DNA of 64,000 nt from Macrostomum lignano (lineage: Eukaryota): positions 248,001-312,000 of the forward strand of contig NIVC01000986.1 of NCBI GenBank assembly GCA_002269645.1, given 5' to 3'. A model generated the notes under the pieces. It saw only the letters and a list, made by a program, of their open reading frames with translations, was not told the DNA's origin and ran no database searches. A program made the translations under genes and the position numbers. Positions within the stretch are counted from its first letter, which is position 1. Every line of letters starts with the position of its first letter. Positions 12,896 to 23,664 of this stretch are shown here, in pieces.

Positions 12896-13799
12896 GTAGG
12901 AAGGCGCCTACACCATTACTGCACCTGTGCCCCAGCCTGTGAGACACGGTCTTCCCCCTGTTAAACACGGGTGCCAGAGCAGGACATGCGCCAGCCCTGG
13001 AAACCCGGAGATCCCGCTGCACAACGTCTCAGAATGCTGCTGCTATTGAGCTGAACATCGATGAGGCTGTGGCCGCCGCAGCTGTTTTTCGAGACCTGTA
13101 AAATATCATACAATATACAATGCAACTGAGTTGTTCTTCGCTTTTTGCTAAAATTTCCTGCGCACCGGCGGGTGCTCTGAGTCCGAGCCAGGCTTATTTT
13201 TTGCGATTCCCCGCCTCTCCGGGCAGTCCGAGTGGCCAAGGAGCTCAATGCGGAAAATTCCTCGGCAAGCCAGCCCGCTGCTGCCAGACACGCCTGAGTC
13301 TCCCTCAGTGCCGCTCGCCAAATTCCAGACTGCTCGCCCACCTGTCTCTCAGGCAAACAATGCTCCCCCCCTCCGCATTGTGTCCCCGGCTCTGCCACTC
13401 TGCCCTCTCCTCTGTCCCCGCCCCTCCTGTTGCCACGGTGATCAGCTCCTGGAAGACAGCAAGACGGCGCCCGCCCCCGCCCCGCTGCCTTGAGGCTCCG
13501 CAGCCGGCTGTACTCTGCATGGCCTTCCCGGCCGCCTTGAGGCTGCCGAGAGTTCAGAGCTGCAGCCCCACCCGCTCCCTGGTGATGAGGCGGGACGCGC
13601 CAGTCTGCCTGTGAGTAGCAACAGGCCGGCTGTGGCTGGTGCGTCTTCCTTGCCCCATTGTTCGACTAACTGCTTCAGAAGCTTTAATACTTTGCTGAGC
13701 CTCAGCGGGCGAGCTGGAAGCGACTCCTCTGAATAATGGCGCAGGAAATTTACGGAGGAAATGCAAGGAATGCGTAGAGAATGCGGAGAAGGAAATTCA

Positions 13800-14610
13800 G
13801 AGGGAGCAGACACAGGTAGACAGCAGACACAGGTAGACAGCAGACACAGGTAGAGAGCAGACACAGGTAGAGAGCTGACACACAGGTAGACAGCAGACAC
13901 AGGTAGAGAGCAGACACACAGGTAGACAGCAGACACAGGTAGAGAGCAGACACACAAGTAGAGAGCAGACACACAAGTAGAGAGCAGACACACAAGTAGA
14001 GAGCTGACACACAGGTAGAGAGCAGACACACAACTAGAGAGCAGACACACAAGTAGAGAGCAGACACACAAGTAGAGAGCTGACACACAGGTAGAGAGCA
14101 GACACACAAGTAGAGAGCAGACACACAGGTAGAGAGCAGACACACAGGTAGTGAGCAGACACACAAGTAGAGAGCAGACACACAGGTAGAGAGCAGACAC
14201 ACAAGTAGAGAGCAGACACACAAGTAGAGAGCAGACACGCAAGTAGAGAGCAAACACACAAGTAGAGAGCAGACACACAAGTAGAGAGCAGACACACAAG
14301 TAGAGAGCAGACACGCAAGTAGAGAGCAGACACAGCGTACAGAGAGCAGACACACAAGTAGAGAGCAGACACACAAGTAGAGAGCAGACACACAAGTAGA
14401 GAGCAGACACAGCGTACAGAGAGCAGACACACAAGTAGAGAGCAGACACAGCGTACAGAGAGCAGACACACAAGTAGAGAGCAGACACAGCGTACAGAGA
14501 GCAGACACACAAGTAGAGAGCAGACACAGCGTACAGAGAGCAGACACACAAGTAGAGAGCAGACACAGCGTACAGAGAGCAGACACAGCGTACAGAGAGC
14601 AGACACAGCG
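13800..14610. repeat. 19-bp minisatellite (GTAGAGAGCAGACACACAA variants)
   Basis: Tandem periodicity; the 19-aa pseudo-repeat in the ORF track equals 3 x 19 bp. Confidence 0.92.
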
Positions 14611-14939
14611 TACTGCATGGATAAGTTCTGTTCTGTTGATAAGCCGAAGCTTGCAAATTTGGGAGCAAGGTAGTAAAAAACATTTTGACAATTTTTACAC
14701 TTTCTACCTTTTTCTCCTACTTTAAGTAGGCAATTGCGGTTGTCATAGGCCTGGTAGTACATGCAAGTCACAATTTTGCGTCTGCAGGAATGACCTGCAA
14801 GAATGTCACACTTTTGCCTTGGCAGCTATGAGTCATGGTCCAGGGACAACTCAACACGGTGGACTTTAGTCATCCTTTAGGATCTTCTTTGGACTCGAAG
14901 AATTTATACCAAACTCGAAACAGTAGGGTATTCCATTGC

Positions 14940-17140
14940 CTTGAGCTGGATGTCCCTTCTGCCTTAATCTGGGTGTCCCTTCTGCCTTAGTCTGGGTGTC
15001 CCTTCTGCCTTAATCTGGGTGTCCCTACTGCCTTAATCTGGGTGTCCCTACTGCCTTAGTCTGGGTGTCCCTACTGCCTTAGTCTGGGTGTCCCTTCTGC
15101 CTTAGTCTGGGTGTCCCTACTGCCTTAATCTGGGTGTCCCTACTGCCTTAATCTGGGTCCCTACTGCCTTAGTCTGGGTGTCCCTTCTGCCTTAATCTGG
15201 GTGTCCCTTCTGCCTTAGTCTGGGTGTCTCTACTGCCTTAATCTGGGTGTCCCTTCTGCCTTAGTCTGGGTGTCTCTACTGCCTTAATCTGGGTGTCCCT
15301 ACTGCCTTAGTCTGGGTCCCTACTGCCTTAGTCTGGGTGTCCCTTCTGCCTTAGTCTGGGTGTCCCTACTGCCTTAGTCTGGGTGTCCCTACTGCCTTAG
15401 TCTGGGTGTCCCTACTGCCTTAGTCTGGGTGTCCCTACTGCCTTAGTCTGGGTGTCCCTACTGCCTTAGTCTGGGTGTCCCTACTGCCTTAGTCTGGGTG
15501 TCTCTACTGCCTTAGTCTGGGTGTCCCTACTGCCTTAGTCTGGGTTTCCCTACTGCCTTAATCTGGGTGTCTCTACTGCCTTAGTCTGGGTGTCCCTACT
15601 GCCTTAATCTGGGTGTCCCTACTGCCTTAGTCTGGGTGTCTCTACTGCCTTAATCTGGGTGTCCCTACTGCCTTAGTCTGGGTCCCTACTGCCTTAGTCT
15701 GGGTGTCCCTTCTGCCTTAGTCTGGGTGTCCCTACTGCCTTAGTCTGGGTGTCCCTACTGCCTTAATCTGGGTGTCTCTACTGCCTTAGTCTGGGTGTCC
15801 CTACTGCCTTAGTCTGGGTGTCCCTTCTGCCTTAGTCTGGGTGTCTCTACTGCCTTAGTCTGGGTTTCCCTACTGCCTTAATCTGGGTCCCTACTGCCTT
15901 AGTCTGGGTTTCCCTACTGCCTTAATCTGGGTGTCTCTACTGCCTTAGTCTGGGTGTCCCTACTGCCTTAATCTGGGTGTCCCTACTGCCTTAGTCTGGG
16001 TGTCTCTACTGCCTTAATCTGGGTGTCCCTACTGCCTTAATCTGGGTGTCCCTACTGCCTTAATCTGGGTGTCCCTTCTGCCTTAATCTGGGTGTCCCTA
16101 CTGCCTTAGTCTGGGTCCCTACTGCCTTAGTCTGGGTGTCCCTTCTGCCTTAGTCTGGGTGTCCCTACTGCCTTAGTCTGGGTGTCCCTACTGCCTTAAT
16201 CTGGGTGTCTCTACTGCCTTAGTCTGGGTGTCCCTACTGCCTTAGTCTGGGTGTCCCTACTGCCTTAGTCTGGTTGTCTCTACTGCCTTAGTCTGGGTTT
16301 CCCTACTGCCTTAATCTGGGTCCCTACTGCCTTAGTCTGGGTTTCCCTACTGCCTTAATCTGGGTGTCTCTACTGCCTTAGTCTGGGTGTCCCTACTGCC
16401 TTAATCTGGGTGTCCCTACTGCCTTAGTCTGGGTGTCTCTACTGCCTTAATCTGGGTGTCTCTACTGCCTTAGTCTGGGTGTCCCTACTGCCTTAATCTG
16501 GGTGTCCCTACTGCCTTAGTCTGGGTGTCTCTACTGCCTTAGTGTGGGTGTCCCTACTGCCTTAGTCTGGGTTTCCCTACTGCCTTAATCTGGGTCCCTA
16601 CTGCCTTAGTCTGGGTTTCCCTACTGCCTTAATCTGGGTGTCTCTACTGCCTTAGTCTGGGTGTCCCTACTGCCTTAATCTGGGTGTCCCTACTGCCTTA
16701 GTCTGGGTGTCTCTACTGCCTTAATCTGGGTGTCTCTACTGCCTTAGTCTGGGTGTCCCTACTGCCTTAATCTGGGTGTCCCTACTGCCTTAGTCTGGGT
16801 GTCTCTACTGCCTTAGTGTGGGTGTCCCTACTGCCTTAGTCTGGGTTTCCCTACTGCCTTAATCTGGGTGTCTCTACTGCCTTAGTCTGGGTGTCCCTAC
16901 TGCCTTAATCTGGGTGTCCCTACTGCCTTAGTCTGGGTGTCTCTACTGCCTTAATCTGGGTGTCTCTACTGCCTTAGTCTGGGTGTCCCTACTGCCTTAA
17001 TCTGGGTCCCTACTGCCTTAATCTGGGTTTCCCTACTGCCTTAATCTGGGTGTCTCTACTGCCTTAGTCTGGGTGTCCTTACTGCCTTAATCTGGGTGTC
17101 CCTACTGCCTTAGTCTGGGTGTCTCTACTGCCTTAATCAC
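14940..17140. repeat. 23-bp minisatellite (CTGCCTTAGTCTGGGTGTCCCTA, with 21-bp variants), about 95 units
   Basis: CTGCC recurs at 15369, 15392 and 15415. Confidence 0.97.
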
Positions 17141-17469
17141 TTACGTGAAAATCAAACGTGAAAAGGTGTAATAATTTCAATATTTGCCATAAATCCTAAT
17201 TTTACATGAATGTACTCTATTTTATTTTTAGCTCTATACTAAATTACTAACTATTAATAAGTTTTTGTTTAAGTATGACTTCCGATTGTAGAATACACGC
17301 AAAAATAGTTCCGGGGATTGGAGTTCCCCGGGTTCAAAATCCGCGGGTTTCAACAGCTTGTCTTATAGAAGCGAAGGTCTTTTTGTCATAGACAGTTGCA
17401 GCGGACGCGAAATGAAGTCAATCTTATAGAAGCGAAGGTCTTTTTGTGTTAATAGGTATTGTTGACTAC

Positions 17470-17790
17470 AAATCGGTGTACACACATATCGGGAGAGTGT
17501 ACACTCATATCGGGAGAGTGTACACTCATATTGGGAGAGTGTACACTTGTATTGGGAGAGTGTACACTCATATTGGAAGAGTGTACCTTCGGCTCGGGAG
17601 GGGGCGCCCGCGGCGTACATTTCGGGGGGCCCGGACGGCGCTTGGTACCTGTGGCTCGAGTGCCATATGGTAGGGTGTACATGTCGGTGGGGTCACCTGC
17701 GGCATACATGTCGGGAGGGTTGCCTGCGTCATACATATCGGGGCGCCTGGACGGGGCTCGAGTGGTGTACTCTTTGTGTGAATGTATTCT
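17470..17790. mobile_element. Diverged fragment related to the TIR of element A
   Basis: Shares CATATCGGGAGAGTGTACACTC arrays and CACCTGCGGCATACATGTCGG(G/T)AGGGT(T/C)GCCTGCG with 42680-42960. Confidence 0.7.
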
Positions 17791-19470
17791 TGGTGTGTAA
17801 CTCCTGACCATCCCTTCCCTCCGGGAGCACTGCAAGTAGACTAGTATGGCTTGGTATTAGGAGTTGGCGTGTGTACGTAATATACTCTTTGTAATATTTA
17901 CCGGACCTGGGTTGGTAAGGTCTAATAACATATAAATGACTACTGCTGACTAGTTGACGCATCTGGATGGTGTGATAAAAACTAGTAACGTACCGAGATT
18001 TCGAGAGAAATCCTAGCACAATACTGTTCTGTCTGGCATGTGGAAAAGTATTTGCCCCGCCTTCGCTTACTCATACTGCACACAGACAAAGCTTATCTCT
18101 ATTAGCAATCTGTTCGTGGTGGGTTAGAAGGATACTGTCTTCCTGTATATAGCTCTCTATCCCTTCATCACTCGTAATAACTTCATAAATGCTCGCTTGA
18201 CCAATGGCTGGTACTGAACTAATAATTCATACGATACATATTGGTTAATACTTTCTAACTCCGTACAGCTCACAAGTATCTACTCTCTACCTTATCAGTA
18301 ACATTAAAATAAAAAAGTTAAAATTTGCTGGTTTTGTGCCTTGTTTGCTTACTTTTCTATTAAAATACTTGCGGTTTATAATGGAAAATGTCTGCTTTTT
18401 ATTCAATTTTATGTGATTTGAACTTTGAAGGTTTATTTTTGCTAAAATGCCTGGTTTCTTATAAAAATTTCTACTCTCGACAATGATTGTGTCAGCTATT
18501 TCATTAAAATAACCTACTTTTTGAATAAAACGTTGTACTTAAGCCCCTAGTTTTTTTTTCAAAACATAATGGAAACCCTCTCAACGCCCTTGGAACCTCC
18601 TCAAGCAGCTTACATAGAGCATGCAGACCCCGAAACCCCCTCTAGTGTGCCCTGATTTCAGCGGTCTAACGGTTAACATCTGAATTTTACACTATATTTT
18701 CCTTCATACAGCAATACAGGAGGGTTTGGAAGAGTGAGTCTGGCGGGAGAGGGGGCTTGTGGGGTGATGAGGATGCGTACACACAGTTTAGCCTGTTTTA
18801 GCTTACCTTTTGGGCTAATATACTTACTATTATTACTACTATTATACCTACTATGTACATACTATTATACTACCCACTATTAAATATGTTGCACTAAAAC
18901 CAACTTTTGAAAATACATAGCGTGTTTTGGTCGATTCTCCCTCACGTCTCTGTCCCTACACATGTGCTCTGCTCGCTTTGTTCTCTGTTTGTGTACCTCT
19001 CTGTAACGTCTCTGTACGCTCAGACTGGTTTCTCCGTCCCCGCAAGCACCTGTACTAAAGTTTGCTGTTACCTACCCCTACACACTGCTCTCTGTCTCCC
19101 TCCGCGCACACCTCTCTGGCCTTGCATGCAACTTGCATGTCTACTCCCCTGTCCTGCCGTCGCGTGGGTCCCTGTCCAGGGAATTCTCCAGACCTGGAAG
19201 TGACACTGGCCAATGGGGGCGGGCCAAGTCAGGCCGACCTCTTCCGAACCTGAGCCCAGCCCAGTTCATGCATATCGATGTTGCAAGCAAATCAAAGACC
19301 CCTTAATTTGTTACTTACAAACATAAAAAATTAGAATTCGAGTTATCATTATACTCGTACTGCACACAATAGAAATAGCATCAGATAGTAGGCATTGCCA
19401 TTCAAACTTACCAAAAATTGTCAGAAGCCAGGATGTGAAGGGAAAAGCAACGGAAGGAAGTGGTCCGGAA

Positions 19471-21190
19471 CTAGGGGTTTAACTTGGCAATTTTTCGGCA
19501 GCTGTCGTTGCCCTTCAGGCCATCAGATCTTCGCTTGCCAACGAGGGAAGGACGATTGATCTCTGCAGTGAAGTTCTTAAGAAAGCAGTTGAGAAGGCGG
19601 AAGGAAAACTGCCGAATCACTTGCCTGGGAGAGTGTTTAGAGCAACGAAAGCGACGCGATGCGAATTCGCTGAATTCTGCATCTTGACAATGACCAGTGC
19701 AGCAAAGATCTGATGCGACTTGCCGCTGAGAAGCTTCTGAAGCAGATCGCTGCAGCCTCGAATGTTCTCAAAAGCGTTGAAGGCCGTCATGCACAAGATG
19801 AATGCTGAATCTGATGGGCAGCACAATCCTCCTCTGCTTAGCTGACGGACGAGGAACTGGTGCTTTGGAATGTCGCTCATGGAGGTCTCCAGAGTAGGAA
19901 GCTTCTCTTCACTGACAAGAAATTGCTGACAGTCCTTACAGCGCTTGCTGACAGACCTTGCCAAGTAGCCTGCGATATAAAACACCACATTCAGACAGCC
20001 CTGCTCGTTGCTACGCAAGACACTGCATGGTTCATCAGACACGTCTGCAAAAATTTCCGCCGCCATCACACTGGAATCGACATCTTCCTGCTCAACATCT
20101 CTCAAGAATGACTTTTTCAATCGTGTGAGGTCGAGCTTCGAGTGCTTTAACAATGAAGTCATTCTGATCTTGTTCTCCGACTGAATCACCTGCTTCGAGC
20201 TGATGAAGTACAACCCGCCGGACATCTGTCGGTACCTGCCAAACTGTCTCTCCAGTGGATCAGAGAGAAGCTTGCCGAGCAGAATGTATTGAAACTGGCC
20301 GGTTGAGAAAAGCCTCTCACACAACCTGGGAATCACAGAGCATGTCTGAATGAGGCTACCGAAGGTCTCATTTGTCAGACAATTTTTGCCCCCTGCTTCT
20401 GAACGCCACTCCTTCAGGAATGCCACGAAGTCGGAAAGATACTTGAGTTGCCAATCCTGAGCTCCCGTGATTGGTTCACTCTCGGGCTTCCTCAAGTGCT
20501 TGCCAGCAGATGGTGATCGAACGTTCAGGATGTCCCAAAGCTTCTTGATCTTGGAAAGAAACTTGGCCGTGCTGTTGAAGGTTGATGTGTCTACGTTCAC
20601 ACTCTGCATGGTTGAGTACAGCTGCAACGCAGAAACCGTTGTTTCATCAAACACAGCTGCGGCCAGAGACGCACTCGTTCTTTCAACATTCAGTGGGCGC
20701 AGAACCTTCTCTGTCAACCGGTAGGCGATCTTGGACGACTGGCCTCTCTCAATTTCAAACACGGCCTCGATGTCGCTAAACTTGGCGACGAAGCACTCCT
20801 GTCCATCCATGGTTGGGCAGTGAAACTCCCTCCGCCGTTGAAAATTATTATACACATTCTTGATGTTGTGGGTCGTATCCATCAGCAGGAAAATCTCCTT
20901 CTCTTTGTCACAGGGATGCTTCATAGTCAAACCGTCATCGTTAGCGGCAGACATCGAGTAAAATTTCCGATTGACGGCCGAATGGTCACAGGACAAAGCA
21001 ACGACTTCAAACCCGTTTTTCGCGACCGCCTCAATTACATCACCAGCAAGGCTACTCAGGTGGCTGGCTGTAAGACAGTTGACCGGAAAAAGACCAACGA
21101 CATCCTGGTAGGACCCACCGATTGACTTGACGAGAAACGCCAGAATAGAGGAAGCCACATTGCCATCGCTGCTGAGACCATATATGGAGT
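19471..21190 (-). mobile_element. P-element/THAP9-family transposase, 5'-truncated, with a frameshift near 19650
   Basis: Motifs VALSCDH, DTTHNIKN (DxxH), WDILNVRSP, SDPLERQFGRYRQMSGG, FYIAGYL and GGLCCPS. The C-terminus (CSKH...NCFLKNF...RKIAKL*) continues in another frame to TAG 19471-19473. The THAP domain and first catalytic Asp are not seen. Confidence 0.85.
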
Positions 21191-21660
21191 GGAGATTGTT
21201 GAGATAATAAATTATACAAATTAATGTAAATTATCAATATTGTTGATACTGATGTGTGTGAATGTCTCTTGTCCATCGTGCAGGTTCCGCTCCTACGGTT
21301 GATCAATGGGGACACCTTCAATGTCAACCAGAAGTATCAATCGATAGTGAGTCACCATTGGCGAGACAGACTACTCATCATGGCTGGTCACGACCCTGTG
21401 AATGCGTACGACCCCGATGTACGGAGACGTCTTCGGCATGGTCACACGTTGCAAGGTCGACTCGTCACGGTGCTGTGCGTTGGGCATCCGCTATACGGGA
21501 CGTACGAATGTGACGGGACGTGCGAGCCTGTACGAGATCAAGTAGGTGATCCCATACGCGATTGATTGCAATTGTTTGACTGCTTAATTCCTTTTCGCGG
21601 CATTATTATTAGCAGCAGAAGCAGCAGCATTTATAGCTCAGCATTTATAGCGTCATTTCT

Positions 21661-21690
<30 letters not shown>

Positions 21691-21691
<1 letters not shown>

Positions 21692-22170
21692 GGGTGGTGG
21701 GCGGAAGTCGTCAGAGGCCTTAAGCTTCGTCTCCTGCGGGAGAACGACAGCGGGGCGGTCGATGGTCAGCCGATGGGCCAGCTCCGTGTAGCGGCTACGA
21801 ATGCCATTGCAGTTTAACTGCAAGAACGGGAGCTCTGGGCTTGGCTGATCGTCGACGGTCGACTTGCGCTTCTTGCGTCGCGCTCTGGTCGACCTGCTGT
21901 CACTGCCGTAGGACACGGTGGAGGTTGTCCTGGGGTTGCTCGGTCGAAAAGGATGAGGATGATCTGCGAATGTGTGGACCATTAGTCATTTCCGAGCTTT
22001 CGCTCAGGTCCAGGGGCTCCCGGGGTCCTGGCCGATTGCTCATGTCGGCCGTTTCCCCTTCTCGGAGGATGTCCACAGGCCCCCAACGGCCGCCGACGGC
22101 CCCGACGGCCCCGCCGCCGACGCCGACGGCCGCAGTCCGCCGACGGCCCCTCGCCGCCCTGGTGACTCGT
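21691..22170 (-). mobile_element. Inverted 5' fragment of an APE-type non-LTR retrotransposon (start of the endonuclease)
   Basis: LQLNCNGIRSRYTELAHRL...QETKL, homologous to the start of 23690-24865; ends at the (CAG)10 tract 21661-21690. Confidence 0.8.
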
Positions 22171-22172
22171 AG

Positions 22173-23626
22173 CGGCGGCGCCTCCTTCCACGTCCTCCGC
22201 ACTGCCTACGTCGCCACCGTGCGTGCTATTGCCGACTACGCCTGCGGAATCTGGGGTGCCTTTGCGGCGCCGAGCAGCAGGCTTCTCATCGAACGGCAAC
22301 AGTTCTGCTGCGCCAGGATCATCTCGGGGTGCATTAAGCCCACGAACGTCAGGGCGCTCCTCGCGGCCGTAGACCTGCCGCCCATCGGACACCTGATCCT
22401 GGAGAGAGCGGCGACCTTGCGGGAACGGGCTCTGAGGCTGCCCGGGGGAGGTCTCGGTGCACCAGACTGCCGCTAGACCCTGCCCGCCCCGCCTGAAATC
22501 CCGTGCTCACGAGGCATGGCTACGGGAGCAACACCCGGTGGATGACCGGGTCCTGCTGGAGAGCGACTACCGCAGGCCTTTCCGTGGTTGCTGGAGGCGC
22601 GCCGCACTGGAGCTCGGCATCAACGCCCTCGAGCCAGCGGGGAAGCGCGCCCCCTTCCCGATGCCCGAGCCGCCATGGCAGTCACCCAGCGAAGTCAGCT
22701 TCGACACCAGCCTGCAGGTCACCTGCGGCCGCAAAGTGCCGGACAGCATCAGACGGGAGAGAGCCATCAACGCCCTGGAATCCAGACCTCAACACGATAT
22801 CGTCATCTGGACTGACGGCAGCGCCACGGACGGCTGCCGGGACGGCCGTGGCGCGGCCGTCCTGCACACCCTCCTGTGGGGCGAAGTACACTCGACAGCC
22901 GCTGGCTCCATCTGCAGCAGCACGACGGCGGAGCTAGCGGCTATAGCTCTAGGCATCCGCCGCTGCCTACAGCTCCAGCAACCACACGGGGGCAGCATCG
23001 ACATTCTCACGGACAGCATGGCGGGCATCCTCACCCTGCAGCGCGGGCCAGCTGACCAACGCGAGCCCATGGGACAGCTGGTGTGGAGCCTGCTCAGTCA
23101 AGAAGCTCGCCCGGTCCGCATTACCTGGGTGCCGGCCCACGTCGGCGTCGATGGCAACGAAAGAGCCGACAAGGCGGCGAACCGGGCTTCGGACCTGACG
23201 CAAGACCAGCCCATCGCCTTCGAAGCCGCCAGGGCTGCCATCAAACGAGCCAGGCGACACCTCGATCTCAAGCTCTTGAATCGTAGCTCGCCCTGGAAGC
23301 GCTACGGCGGCCTGACTCGTGGCGAGACGGTGGCGGTTTGCCAATTGAGGGCCGGCTGCAGCACAGCCTGCGCGGCCACCCGCTACCGTATCGGCCTTAC
23401 CGAGACTCCGCTCTGTCCGGACTGCGGAGACGAAGACACAGAAGAGCACCTCCTGCAGCAGTGTCCACGCGGAGACTCCGCCCGCCTTGCTCACCCTCTC
23501 GACCTCAACGACGCGGGCGGAATCTGCCGGTACCTGAGGATGATGGGGCGGCGTGCAGGTCGCCCTCCCCCCCAGCCGCCGGACAGCGGCGACGCGGGGG
23601 CTGCGTAGAAGAAGAAGAAGAAGAAG

Positions 23627-23629
<3 letters not shown>
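22173..23629 (+). mobile_element. 3' part of a non-LTR retrotransposon (RT thumb, RNase H, CCHC finger) with an (AAG)7 tail
   Basis: IVIWTDGSA, AELAAI, ILTDS, WVPAHVGVDGNERADKAA and CPDCGDEDTEEHLLQQC; frameshift near 22460; TAG 23606-23608 followed by (AAG)7. Confidence 0.9.

Positions 23630-23662
<33 letters not shown>

Positions 23663-23664
<2 letters not shown>

Noticed and set aside
19200-19245. Possible TIR of the P-like transposon (CGGCCTGACTTGGCCCGCCCCC on the minus strand)
   Set aside because: No matching inverted copy or TSD was found in the window.
21200-21600. ORF 21254-21565 between the transposase and the LINEs
   Set aside because: No recognisable motif on either strand; left unassigned.
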